A stretch of DNA of 64,000 nucleotides, from positions 1,216,001 through 1,280,000 of the forward strand of contig CP147779.1 in NCBI GenBank assembly GCA_037308085.1, in the 5' to 3' direction. The notes under the pieces are model-generated. The model made no database searches, was not told the origin of the DNA, and worked only from the letters and a program-made list of their open reading frames with translations. Positions 10,421-20,448 of the stretch are shown here, piece by piece. Both the position numbers and the translations under genes were made by a program. Numbering within the stretch: the first letter of the stretch is position 1; each line of letters opens with the position of its first letter. The DNA comes from Promethearchaeati archaeon SRVP18_Atabeyarchaeia-1. GTDB lineage: Archaea; Asgardarchaeota; Atabeyarchaeia; Atabeyarchaeales; Atabeyarchaeaceae.

Positions 10421-10442
10421 TCATTTTGGTCGAGCAAAATGA
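10421..10442. promoter_or_regulatory. Perfect palindrome, candidate transcription-factor operator
   Basis: TCATTTTG-N6-CAAAATGA in an intergenic region, about 30 nt before AT-rich GAATATAT. Confidence 0.35.
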
Positions 10443-10651
10443 CAAGTTTTCGCATGTGTCACTGCATAATGAATATATGCATTGGCACCCCCAACCTAGT
10501 TAGTTGGCGTCACTCAGCGTGTGAGTCACCCCCTCCTGAGGATGCCAATGAAATGCACTTAGCGAATACTGCTCCGTGAGATACTGAAGGATCATATGGA
10601 AACCATCGCGGCGGGGAAAGTAGCGCACAACGCCAAAAATGTATCAAAGAG

Positions 10652-11080
10652 ATGCATAAGGGAATGACCTCCAACTCAGACGGGAAAGGCACGTTCGCTC
10701 AGCAGACAGCAGAAGCTTCCAGAGTGGAGAAGGAAATGGGAGAATCAACGACAGGCGCGCAAACCACTGAAGAGATCTTCGCAAAGGTTATGAACGTGCT
10801 AAACGAGATGGGTTTTCGCAACCTGAGCGTGGAGAGAAGCGAAGACTTCACCGGAAGGATCGACGCGATTTTCACAAGGCAGACTGGCTTAGGAGAGAAG
10901 GGCAGTTCCGGTTACCTAAGGATTCTGTCGGTTTGCCGCGTTGGCGGAGAGATACATGTCGAATTGTGCAACTTCCTAAGGGAATTCTCTTCAGACGACT
11001 TGGAGATGAGCGAAATAAGAAACTCTCTCGAGAAGCTCTTTGGATCGAATAAGCACTTAAAGATGGACATACATGAATAG
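10652..11080 (+). CDS. Hypothetical protein
   Basis: 142-codon ORF with protein-like composition filling the intergenic space; no family recognised; start uncertain. Confidence 0.6.
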   Translation: MHKGMTSNSDGKGTFAQQTAEASRVEKEMGESTTGAQTTEEIFAKVMNVLNEMGFRNLSVERSEDFTGRIDAIFTRQTGLGEKGSSGYLRILSVCRVGGEIHVELCNFLREFSSDDLEMSEIRNSLEKLFGSNKHLKMDIHE

Positions 11081-11144
11081 TGACCAGAGCCAGGATGCCA
11101 ATTCGCGTGTAGCAGAGCACAGACGCGAGTCTGTGGTGCCGAAT

Positions 11145-13991
11145 CTATCTTACATCTCGCTTTCCCTTGGGAGGAAAAGAATTCTTCACTATTTCGCCTA
11201 CTAGGAGCGGAATGCAGCTCACCAGCAATATGATCAGCCAGTCCATGGCGGCTGGTGCGGTCGTTTCGATAATTGCATCTATTGCCGGCGTGTATAAAAC
11301 TAGTAGCTGAAGTAGTATTGAGGATAGTACCGCGACGTTCAGGTACTTGTTCTTAAAGAAGCCGATCTTGGACACCGGATACTTTTCAGACCTGCAGGTA
11401 TATACGTTGAACATCTCGAACATGACCATGACCGTGAATGCCATCGTCATGGCACTTATGTATTGAGGCGTGGGCGACTCAGGTGTGCCAGTGAGACTTG
11501 GGTTGTACATGTAGAAGACAGGCAGGATTGCCAGAGGCATCAACATGGCCACGCCGAAGATCATCTTCTTTATTCTGCCTGAAAAGATGCTCTCTCTTGG
11601 ATCTCTTGGTGGTCTATTCATTATGTCCATTTCAGGCGGATCTATCGCGAGTGCCAATGCTGGCAATCCATCAGTTACAAGATTCACCCATAGAAGTTGC
11701 AGTGCTATGAGCGGAAGAGGAAAGCCTAGAACGCTTGCTATGAAGAGAGTAAGGACCTCTCCAACGTTGCTTGAAAGCAGATACATGAGGTACTTCTTAA
11801 TGTTGTCGTAAATGCCTCTTCCTTCCTCTACAGCCGCGACGATCGTTGCAAAGTTGTCATCTGACAAAACCATGTCTGCGGCTTCCTTTGTTACATCTGT
11901 TCCCGTGATTCCCATCGCGACTCCGATATCAGAGTTCTTCAGTGCTGGCGCGTCATTTACGCCATCTCCTGTCATTGCCACGACGTGCCCGTTGGCTTTC
12001 AGAGCTTTGACAATTCGAAGTTTGTGTTCTGGTGACACCCTTGCGTATACCGTTACATCGTTTGCAATTCTTGTTAATTCCTTTTCACTTATCTTATCAA
12101 GTTCGGCGCCAGTTAGAATTCTGGGCCTGGCGCTATCCTCTGGCGGATCTTTTCTTGGGTTCTTTAGATCACCAATCGTACGCGATTGGTCAAATAGCCC
12201 AAGCTCCCTAGCAACCGCTTCAGCGGTTAGCTTATGATCTCCGGTGATCATGACGACTTTGATTCCCGCGGTTTTACACTTCTGCACCGCTTCCTTGGCC
12301 TCAAGTCGCGGTGGATCAATCATTCCTACAAGACCTATGAACACCAGTTCTTTTTCAGTCTCCGCGGCGGTGAGCTTGCCTTGTGGTGCACTCGCCGTTC
12401 GTCGATAGGCTACCCCCAGAACACGTAGTGCTTTCGAAGTCATGGTCTCATTTGCATTCATTATCGACTTTCTGACTTCCTGGCTCAGCTCTTCCTCCTC
12501 ACCTGCTTTCAGGTATCGGGTTGAGAGATCAAGAATGATTTCTGGAGCTCCCTTTACGCATATGATGAATCCTTTCCCCTCTGGATGGATGGTTGACATC
12601 CTCTTCCTTTCGGACTCAAACGGAAGTTCTCCTACGCGTTGGCGCGTCGTATCTAGCTCCTCCTTGTTCACGCCTGCTTTTGTCGCTGCTACAAGTATCG
12701 CAGCCTCCGTAGTGTCTCCCGTGACACGCCAAGACTTGCTTTCGTAGATGAGTTGCGAGTCGTTGCAAAGTGATCCAACAGTTAGAAGTTTCATCAGGTT
12801 CCTGTCAGTGCTAGGATTGATTTTCCTGCTATCGCGCAGAAACTCGCCAGCAGGCGTCACACCAACCCCGGTCACATCTATGAACCCGTCTGCAGTGAAG
12901 ATTCTTTGGACAGTCATCTCATTTCTGGTCAAGGTTCCCGTTTTGTCCGAACAGATCACAGTGGCGCATCCAAGGGTCTCAACAGCTGGTAGCTTTCTGA
13001 TGATGGCATTATGCCTCGCCATGCGGCGCATCCCTATGGCAAGCGATCCTGTGACGACAGCGGGCAGAGCTTCCGGAATGGCTGCGACCGCGAGACTTAT
13101 GGCCCATATGAACATGCCTAAGGGATCAAGCTCACCTCTAAGAAAGCCGAATGTGGCCACAGATCCCACAACAAACAAGAACGCTATTCCTAGCCACCTG
13201 CCCACTGACCGAAGCCTCTCCTCAAGTGGAGTTTCCCTCTTCTCGGATTCTTCCAGCATCGTTGCTATCTTACCGAATTCGGTATTCATGGCTGTGGCGA
13301 CCACGACGGCCTTGGCCCTTCCATAGGTCACAATTGTCGAGGAGAATAGCATGTTTTTCCTATCTTGAATCTGAACGTCTCTCTCAAGTGTCTTGGCGGC
13401 CTTCTCTACCGGCGTCGACTCGCCCGTCAGGACAGCTTCATCAACCCTTAGATTCGCTTCTTGAAGTATCCTCGCGTCGGCAGGGATCTTGGTTCCCGCA
13501 TCCAGGACTAGAACATCACCGGGCACAATCTCCCTGGATTCGACAACCGACTCGACGCCGTTCCGCAAAACCTTCGCCTTCGGGGCTGCCATTCTCTTTA
13601 GAGCTTCCATCGACTGCTCTGCACGGTACTCCTGACTGAATCCAAGAGCAGCGCTAGCCACGACAATGATGAGTATGACAACCGAATCCAGGGGAAACTC
13701 ATTCTTAGCCAAATCAACGGCGCCGGATATTATGATCCCTATGATCAGAATTGCCATCAGGAGACTGGTGAACTGCTTCAGGAACAGCTTCAGTGAAGAT
13801 CGCTTTCTTGCAGATATGATCTCATTGAACCCATACTCCCCAAGCCGAGTCCCAGCCTCCTCTGTCCCCAATCCCTTCTCAGTGCTGCCAAGAGCTCTGA
13901 GAACATCGCTAGAACCCATCAGATGCCACTTCGCCTTTTCCTCCAAGGCAGCGCCTTGTCGTGCGGCAATCTCAGGTTCCTTAGCAGGCAT
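11145..13991 (-). CDS. P-type cation-transporting ATPase (P2A, Ca2+/PMR1-SERCA-like)
   Basis: LTGES, IPEALP, CSDKTGTLT phosphorylation motif, KGAPE, DPPR, MITGD, TGDGVNDAPALK, LWVNLVTDGLPA. Confidence 0.95.
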   Translation of the reverse strand: MPAKEPEIAARQGAALEEKAKWHLMGSSDVLRALGSTEKGLGTEEAGTRLGEYGFNEIISARKRSSLKLFLKQFTSLLMAILIIGIIISGAVDLAKNEFPLDSVVILIIVVASAALGFSQEYRAEQSMEALKRMAAPKAKVLRNGVESVVESREIVPGDVLVLDAGTKIPADARILQEANLRVDEAVLTGESTPVEKAAKTLERDVQIQDRKNMLFSSTIVTYGRAKAVVVATAMNTEFGKIATMLEESEKRETPLEERLRSVGRWLGIAFLFVVGSVATFGFLRGELDPLGMFIWAISLAVAAIPEALPAVVTGSLAIGMRRMARHNAIIRKLPAVETLGCATVICSDKTGTLTRNEMTVQRIFTADGFIDVTGVGVTPAGEFLRDSRKINPSTDRNLMKLLTVGSLCNDSQLIYESKSWRVTGDTTEAAILVAATKAGVNKEELDTTRQRVGELPFESERKRMSTIHPEGKGFIICVKGAPEIILDLSTRYLKAGEEEELSQEVRKSIMNANETMTSKALRVLGVAYRRTASAPQGKLTAAETEKELVFIGLVGMIDPPRLEAKEAVQKCKTAGIKVVMITGDHKLTAEAVARELGLFDQSRTIGDLKNPRKDPPEDSARPRILTGAELDKISEKELTRIANDVTVYARVSPEHKLRIVKALKANGHVVAMTGDGVNDAPALKNSDIGVAMGITGTDVTKEAADMVLSDDNFATIVAAVEEGRGIYDNIKKYLMYLLSSNVGEVLTLFIASVLGFPLPLIALQLLWVNLVTDGLPALALAIDPPEMDIMNRPPRDPRESIFSGRIKKMIFGVAMLMPLAILPVFYMYNPSLTGTPESPTPQYISAMTMAFTVMVMFEMFNVYTCRSEKYPVSKIGFFKNKYLNVAVLSSILLQLLVLYTPAIDAIIETTAPAAMDWLIILLVSCIPLLVGEIVKNSFPPKGKRDVR

Positions 13992-14619
13992 TCTAGTTTC
14001 ACACACCTAGCGGCCAGCAATGAGAGTGGAACTAATGTATCCTTCTATGCTAGTCCACCATGGATAAATGTGTCGACCAACGTCAAGAGAAACATGTGCG
14101 TCAGGCTTTTTAAAATCTTGTTTTGAAGAGCTCGTCTTCTGTGGTTATCAGTCTTAGGAAAGCAGCTGTCTTAGCGGCTGCTGACAAACTAGCACAGGGC
14201 CTAACAGAAAAAGCGAAGCAGTGTGCGCGCTAATTAGATTCTATGACGAATCTTGTTCGCTAAGCCAGTCCCACTCCCCCCGAGAATGTTTTGATATTAG
14301 TATATTAGTGACAAACCACACAATTATCACAGTCACCTCAAGGATCCCGGGAGAGCAGTACATAGTAAGGTTTGCCCGTCACACTTGCATTGGGCTGATG
14401 CCAGCTACGGCGGCAGAGAATTCGGACCGAAAGTCCATGACACGGTAGTCACGTCCCTAAGAGAGATAATGAGTTCACCGTAAAAGAGAGATTGGAACAG
14501 TCAGTCCACGGACAGTCTTCTCCTATGAGGAACACGTGGACTCTGAGATTGCCCGCCCCTAGCAGAGTTCCATTAGACGAACAGAACAGAGTTGCCTGCT
14601 GCTTTGAAGGGGAAATCGT

Positions 14620-14829
14620 CTAGGCTTTCTGGTACCTAATCGTGATTGCCCCCGTCGGACAAGAGAATTCGCAAGCAGTTTCCCTGCATTGGCTGCAAAG
14701 TCGCTGATCAGTCAGTACAGCCCTGCCCCCAACTAGTTTCAGCGCGTTCTTTGAGCAGTTTCTTATGCATTCTCCGCTACCAACGCAAGTGTCAGGGTCT
14801 ATCACAGGTATTTTCATGAGTTTAGCCAT
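14620..14829 (-). CDS. Small ferredoxin
   Basis: CVGSGECIRNC and CSQCRETACEFSCPTGAI. Confidence 0.8.
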   Translation of the reverse strand: MAKLMKIPVIDPDTCVGSGECIRNCSKNALKLVGGRAVLTDQRLCSQCRETACEFSCPTGAITIRYQKA

Positions 14830-15004
14830 TCTGTTTCCCCTACCATCACAGACGGTAGCTTTGAATTCCTTAGGGACGCCTTATGAATATATCCTTTTGC
14901 TAGTTCTTGGCGCGAACAGACGATTGGTCTCTCATCTCTCTTTAACGCTTAACGTTGTGTAGGTAACACGTACATCACTCATCGCCAGCAGAAAAGCAAA
15001 CTCG

Positions 15005-15126
15005 AGAAAGGAGGGCCACGGCGGCTTGACTCTGACACCGCCATGCATTACAGGCTTTCGATCGCTTTGCACGCAACCTTGCGGGGATAGCCTTAAACCC
15101 CGCGCCATCATCGGAGGATTTCCGAT
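15005..15126 (-). ncRNA. Candidate structured small RNA (four hairpins plus a possible pseudoknot)
   Basis: TATA-like AATATATT at 15147-15154, four consecutive stems, G-U pairs only on the minus strand and a pyrimidine-rich tail; no known family recognised. Confidence 0.35.
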
Positions 15127-15298
15127 CCCACGCGAGCAACAACGCCAATATATTTGTCAGGCTAACGTCTGGAATGCGCCAGTCCTTCAAAACAGGAAAC
15201 AATACCAGAAAACCAAGCGGCACATGGAGCAGACGTACGCTCACACAGTAATGAAGAAAGACAGTTGCATAGAAATAAGAAAAGCCGGTACCTATTCT

Positions 15299-15556
15299 CT
15301 ATTTCTTACTCGGCTTCACCGCAGTCTTCTTCGCAGGCTCCTTGTTGGCTTTCTCCTTCTTTTCTGCCCCCTTCTTTGCGGATTTGCGGCAAGCTCCCGT
15401 TGGACACACGTCGACACAGGCCCAGATATCCGTGCATTTCTCGGGATGTGCCAGAACTGATTTCTCTTCACTATCCATTTCGAGAGCGTTGTTGGGGCAG
15501 GCCTGCACACAAGCTTGGCAGCCAATGCAGGTCTCCCTGTCAATTTCTGGTGGGAT
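15299..15556 (-). CDS. Dicluster ferredoxin with Lys-rich tail; apparent ATC start
   Basis: Frame extends 16 codons upstream of the track start: (I/M)PPEIDRETCIGCQACVQACP...CTDIWACVDVCPTGAC. GGAAGGTGAT RBS lies 5 nt before ATC at 15556; an in-frame TGA lies just upstream. Confidence 0.8.
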   Translation of the reverse strand: MPPEIDRETCIGCQACVQACPNNALEMDSEEKSVLAHPEKCTDIWACVDVCPTGACRKSAKKGAEKKEKANKEPAKKTAVKPSKK

Positions 15557-15693
15557 ACGACATCACCTTCCAATCCATCTGTGTGATGATACCTCCATCA
15601 TCGATCATCTAATAAGACTTTCCTTGTTACGGGAATGAGAGTGGAAGAGTCTGCACTCCTCTCTTGCACACATCTGATGCGAGTCGCAGGAGG

Positions 15694-17085
15694 TCACCGA
15701 TTAACTCGCTGATCCCTCTTCTTCACATGATCCCTGATGAGTCTCTCAAATTCGTCTTTCGGCACAACTAAGCATCTACGGATTCCCTGGCGTACCATGG
15801 TGGCCTTGAGTTTTCCGCGCTGGCACCAACTGTTCAATGTTCTGCGTGAGATGTGCGCCATCCTCGAAACATCTATGAGCTTCACGCCTTCGCTCTCAAT
15901 TCTCCTAGTCTCTTCTCTCTGTTGCTCTGCCTTCCGCAATACTCTCTCAAGTCTTGCAATTTCGCTTTGCTGAACCACAAGATACTTTAGACTTCCTTCA
16001 CGCACAAAAGCGGTCTCAAGTTTTCCTTGCTGATGCCATCGCAACAGTGACGGATATGAAATGCCTAACATTCCAGCTAGATTCATGAGTCTTACTCCAT
16101 GTCTTCTGATCCTCTTTGTCTTATCTTCCTCTATGAGAGCTTCCTGTTCGACTCTTTTGGCTTCATCCACCGGGATATAGTACCAAGATAGCGACGATTT
16201 GCCCAGGGCCAGTTTCTTCCTGAGATGTCTTATCCTTCCAGATTTGATCCATCTCTCCACGGTGAGATAACTAACGTTTAGCATGCGGGCAACTTGGCCG
16301 GTCGTCAAATAGCCTCTTCTCTCGCTTCTACACTCATCTACTCTCTTCAACCAATCAACAGCCTTGTACGAGAACTCAGCGATTCCTGCATCAAGCAACG
16401 CTATTATTCCAAGTTTCCGAATATAAAGAACAGTAGGTCCATTGCTGCGGACACGTACACGTGTGCTCGCTGGAGCAAGGCACTCAACAAAGCCCTTTGC
16501 ATAACCAATGAGAAACAGATATCTGCTTTGGGTGATGCTCCATTTCCATTGACCGATTGCGCCAAAGCACGGTTTTTTCTCGCCTTTCTCGACACACACT
16601 TGGCAATTTCCGTCTCCATCAATAAGCCCTGCAATAAAAGGGATACCACACTCGACACTCGCCAACTTGTTCTCTTCAAGAAATCTATTCACTGCATCTG
16701 GGCTGTCTCTGAGAGCACTCTTCCTTGGAAGAAACTGAAATAGTGCTTTTGAGTAGGTTAACACAATCCACATGTCTTTCCGCTTGTCCTTGTGAATTTG
16801 CGGGTTTGAAGCGATTCGTCTCAGCAGTCCGGCTATCCTTCGAGCCAGCTCTAACTCATCTATGTTCAAACAGAAGCCAACGCGATACGAGTGGGACTTC
16901 CTCCTCATCGTTTTCTTGCCCAGATGGGAGTATCCGTCTGCAATGTATAACCCAAGCAAATAGGCCAACTCTTTCTTGGAAAGGGCAGTAATGTTTAGGC
17001 AGCGCGTTGGACACATATGTATTCTCACTCGTTTGCCCCGGTAGTAACCTGTGCCATAGAAAAATACGCTGATCATATGATACAA
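15694..17085 (-). CDS. Free-standing double-motif LAGLIDADG endonuclease fused to three Xis/MerR-like HTH domains
   Basis: LAYLLGLYIADG and FIAGLIDGDG; C-terminal repeats YLTTGQVARMLNVSYLTVERWIKSGRI, LMNLAGMLGISYPSLLRWHQQGKL and LIDVSRMAHISRRTLNSWCQRGKL. True start is possibly ATG 17016. Confidence 0.85.
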   Translation of the reverse strand: MYHMISVFFYGTGYYRGKRVRIHMCPTRCLNITALSKKELAYLLGLYIADGYSHLGKKTMRRKSHSYRVGFCLNIDELELARRIAGLLRRIASNPQIHKDKRKDMWIVLTYSKALFQFLPRKSALRDSPDAVNRFLEENKLASVECGIPFIAGLIDGDGNCQVCVEKGEKKPCFGAIGQWKWSITQSRYLFLIGYAKGFVECLAPASTRVRVRSNGPTVLYIRKLGIIALLDAGIAEFSYKAVDWLKRVDECRSERRGYLTTGQVARMLNVSYLTVERWIKSGRIRHLRKKLALGKSSLSWYYIPVDEAKRVEQEALIEEDKTKRIRRHGVRLMNLAGMLGISYPSLLRWHQQGKLETAFVREGSLKYLVVQQSEIARLERVLRKAEQQREETRRIESEGVKLIDVSRMAHISRRTLNSWCQRGKLKATMVRQGIRRCLVVPKDEFERLIRDHVKKRDQRVNR

Positions 17086-17136
17086 AGACCATGAGAACTA
17101 TGGCAACACATGAAAGAGCATAGTGCCGATAGCCCG

Positions 17137-17286
17137 ATGGGTGAATCCAGGGTGAGTAGTCAATCTAAGACGACGATAGAGTTATCGATGGAAACTAGGA
17201 ATCGACTGAAGGCACTAGGCAGAAAGGGTGAAACATACGATCAAATTATAAAGAAGCTTCTGAGGCTGACCAAACAAGCCACATGA
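17137..17286 (+). CDS. Small ribbon-helix-helix DNA-binding / antitoxin-like protein (not in the ORF track)
   Basis: MGESRVSSQSKTTIELSMETRNRLKALGRKGETYDQIIKKLLRLTKQAT matches the archaeal TTI.lS.ET..RL...g.kGETYD.II.rLl pattern; alternative GTG start at 17152. Confidence 0.75.
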   Translation: MGESRVSSQSKTTIELSMETRNRLKALGRKGETYDQIIKKLLRLTKQAT

Positions 17287-17681
17287 AGATGGCCCTACAA
17301 AACAGGGTCTTCTTGACAGTGCACAAAATGCTGAAGACCTAATTCGTCAAAATAAATAATCGAGACCTCAGAGCATAAAGGAGACGGATAGACGCAAGCA
17401 ACCAGAAGACTAATCGAAACCTCAAAAAGAAAGGCTCTTTGACATGTAGCTAAACCAGGATAGTGTTAACTTCTCTTTCAGCTATGCATGTTTCCCCGTC
17501 GATTTCTGGCGGCATGTAGAATCACCTTTTGCTTCCAAATCTCTGATATCAGTCGCTCTTATTATAAGATTTTCTTCTTTTTTTTGGATGCCTCCAATTC
17601 AGCCTCAAGACAAGCGGGATGGTTTGCACAGGTTTAAAAAGAGACGCCGGGAAGGTGAAGTGATGAACGAGGTCCGTAATT

Positions 17682-18665
17682 ATGTCTGATATCTTCATCT
17701 TGCTTTCGCTCTTATCTGCAATTCTAGTCGGGTTCTCAGTTGCCATGGAGAGAAAGGGCCTCTCACAGCTGCCTGAAATAACACCTGGAAAAATCGCGAG
17801 GAATCCAATAAGAGTGGTTTTAAGCTTGATTCTCTGCAAGCTTTGGATCGTCGGTTGGATCATCGCACAAGTAGGCTGGGCTCTTTGGGTTCAAGCGATT
17901 AATATAGGCGACTTCAACGTGGCGAAAACACTGAGCAGTCTCAGCATAGTTGTTGCCACCCTGCTATGTGTTCGTCTATTGGGCGAGAGACTTAACCACA
18001 TAGAAAAAGCAGGCATCATTCTGGTTACTTTGGGAACGCTATCCGTATCGTTGGAGTCTCAAGTAACGAAACCAGGATTCGTAGACTACAATGCGTTCAT
18101 AGCTTTCAATGGAATCGCTTTGGGGTTCGCCTTTTCCCTCATGATAGCAAGCGGCATTAGGAAGAAGGAGCAGGGAAGACCAATCTGGGAAGTCTCGTCT
18201 GCTACCGCAGCGGGGATTTTCTACTCAGTATCCGCGCTCTTTCAGAACCTTGCCAGTTACACGACTCCGAGTGGTCAGGCAGGGTTTAACCTGTTCTCAA
18301 TTCAGAGTTGGCTGGCGTTTCTACTGAATGCTCCATTTATCGTTGGCTATCTGATCATATTGTTGGGATTCTTTTCAATTCAATCAGCCATGAGTCGCGG
18401 AAGAGCTTCTATCGCATACCCCATCTCAACATCACTTGGCATAGCTATACCAGTCTTGGGCTCAGCGCTAATATTCGGCGAGATGCTAGTTGTGCCCATC
18501 GATGGAACCGTCCAGTTCCCGTTATCATATCTGCGTCTTATCGGCACCATTCTGGCAATAGTAGGTGGCGCTCTGATCCAAACTCACTCTTGGAGGATGT
18601 TCGGTAGAAGAAAAGGCGTAGGAACTGCGGTCACCAAGAAAAGCGGGGAGAAACAACCTTCATAA
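17682..18665 (+). CDS. DMT/EamA-superfamily (NIPA-like) membrane transporter
   Basis: About nine hydrophobic segments, LLGERL and IFGE loop motifs, internal repeat. Confidence 0.75.
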   Translation: MSDIFILLSLLSAILVGFSVAMERKGLSQLPEITPGKIARNPIRVVLSLILCKLWIVGWIIAQVGWALWVQAINIGDFNVAKTLSSLSIVVATLLCVRLLGERLNHIEKAGIILVTLGTLSVSLESQVTKPGFVDYNAFIAFNGIALGFAFSLMIASGIRKKEQGRPIWEVSSATAAGIFYSVSALFQNLASYTTPSGQAGFNLFSIQSWLAFLLNAPFIVGYLIILLGFFSIQSAMSRGRASIAYPISTSLGIAIPVLGSALIFGEMLVVPIDGTVQFPLSYLRLIGTILAIVGGALIQTHSWRMFGRRKGVGTAVTKKSGEKQPS

Positions 18666-19039
18666 TGAAAAGAAAAACTGGCAGCCGTTGTTTAGGGGTT
18701 TTGTTCCCCTTCTTCAACCCAGTCAAGCCTCTCCTCGCGCGGCAAGTTGGAAACGTTTCCTGCTCATCAACGTTTCTAGATATCGTATCGCAGATAGGCG
18801 GTCTGATGCCTTCATCGATCGCTCTCCTGCGCAGCTTCCTGATCATCACTGGTGTATCTGTTTTCCCCAGACACTTGTCAATTCAGCCTCCAATAAGTGT
18901 GATATTGGTTTCTCCACTGTTATGTTGATTGTCTGCGCAGAAATGTGAGAGAATGCTTATATCCCAACGAAAGTCAATTACGCGAAAAGAGTAACTGTCC
19001 TCATTCCATTCTGCTTGAATGATAGGGTGGGATCACAAG

Positions 19040-20347
19040 ATGAGCGAGAAATATGACATCGCAGTAGTGGGAGCGGGAATCTTCGGCGTGGCGTCGGCAT
19101 ATTACTTGCAGAAGAATAACCCAGGCAAGAGAATACTCCTCATCGACAGGTTGGCCGATGCAGGGCAAGCAAACACGGCTATGAGCGCCGCGGCCGTCAG
19201 GAATATGTTCTCCTCAAGAACAAACCAGATCCTGACTGATACAACGATCAGTTACTACATCAATATTCAGGAGAAGTTGAAGTTCGATCTCGACCTTCAG
19301 CTGGTGGGATATCTATGGCTTCTGACGCAGAAGCAGCTCGACAACCCTCTTAACAGGAAATGGATGGAGAAAATGGATGCAAACAACATCAAGTACGCTC
19401 TTTATGAAGGAAACGAGTTAAAGAAGAGGCTCCCAGAGTTGAGTATGAAGGTCTCAGATGACGAAGAAGCGAAAATAATGGGTTTAGAGGATGTCGCCGC
19501 AGGGCTCTATGGGCCAAAGTGTGGCACTTGTGATCCGAGCAAACTTGTCGCCTTTTACAAAAATGAATTTGTGAAGATGTCAAAAGTAAAACCAATGTTC
19601 AGCACCGAGGTAAAAGGGCTGATTCTGGAACCGACAAACAAGCTTGGCGTTCCCGGTGAGCCGTTCATATGGCAGGACTCAACCGTAGTCGGAGTGAAAA
19701 CAGCGAAAGGCGAGATCAGGGCTGATACTGTCGTCATGACCGCTGGAACGTGGGTCAATCAGCTGACCGATCCGATTGGTGTCGACGGCCGCGTAAAAGT
19801 AAAGAAGCGGCAGCTCTTCAGAGTTTCAACGGAAGCAAGTAAGGCACTGAAGTCAATTCTGAATGCAAAGGGATTCAATAAGTTCAACCTACTCCCGTTC
19901 ACAATCCTGCCGAGAGGAGTCTATCTGCGCCCCGTAAGGCAGGAAGAATCATTCTGGGTTGGGTGCGCAGACAAGCTAAACCGGGCTTTCAAGTATGTGC
20001 AGACAGAAGATGACTGGAAGAGCGAGAACACGTACTTTGAGCAGAGTATGTACCCCGTACTGTCAAAGTACCTGCCCGCTTTCAGGGATATCAGACCAGC
20101 TAGTGGATGGGCAGGCGCCTACGCATACAGTTATGATGCTGTTCCTTATGTCTACAAGGAAGCGGGAATGATCTTTGCCACTGGCGATAGTGGGTCTGGA
20201 ATCATGAAGGGAGACGCCCTTGGAAGAATGGTTGACGCCCTTTACAGAGGAGAGAAGGTGACTACTCTCTATGACGGAGTTAAGGTCGACACCGATACAC
20301 TCAGTGTAGGCAACCGCAAAGTTGAGAAAGAAGATGTGCTGATCTGA
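19040..20347 (+). CDS. FAD-dependent amino-acid oxidoreductase (DAO / sarcosine oxidase beta / proline dehydrogenase beta-like)
   Basis: YDIAVVGAGIFG Rossmann motif, NTAMSAA, WAGAY, GDSGSGIMKGDALG. Confidence 0.88.
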   Translation: MSEKYDIAVVGAGIFGVASAYYLQKNNPGKRILLIDRLADAGQANTAMSAAAVRNMFSSRTNQILTDTTISYYINIQEKLKFDLDLQLVGYLWLLTQKQLDNPLNRKWMEKMDANNIKYALYEGNELKKRLPELSMKVSDDEEAKIMGLEDVAAGLYGPKCGTCDPSKLVAFYKNEFVKMSKVKPMFSTEVKGLILEPTNKLGVPGEPFIWQDSTVVGVKTAKGEIRADTVVMTAGTWVNQLTDPIGVDGRVKVKKRQLFRVSTEASKALKSILNAKGFNKFNLLPFTILPRGVYLRPVRQEESFWVGCADKLNRAFKYVQTEDDWKSENTYFEQSMYPVLSKYLPAFRDIRPASGWAGAYAYSYDAVPYVYKEAGMIFATGDSGSGIMKGDALGRMVDALYRGEKVTTLYDGVKVDTDTLSVGNRKVEKEDVLI

Positions 20348-20448
20348 CACCTTCAAATCACTTAAAAGGAGAAAGAGGAAGAAGAAAGCAACAATGCCCA
20401 GGCATCACATCCTCAAAATGCCGGCAAGTCATCCAGGATCTAGGTGGG

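Noticed and set aside
14040-14610. Long intergenic region with short hairpins and a 75-aa ORF
   Set aside because: The ORF is not protein-like and the hairpins are isolated; no supportable call.
18723-18881. Minus-strand TTG ORF after GGAGG with tandem TGA-TGA (MTSVWGKQIHQ**SGSC...), a possible selenoprotein
   Set aside because: No recognisable redox motif or SECIS, and no family similarity; likely chance.
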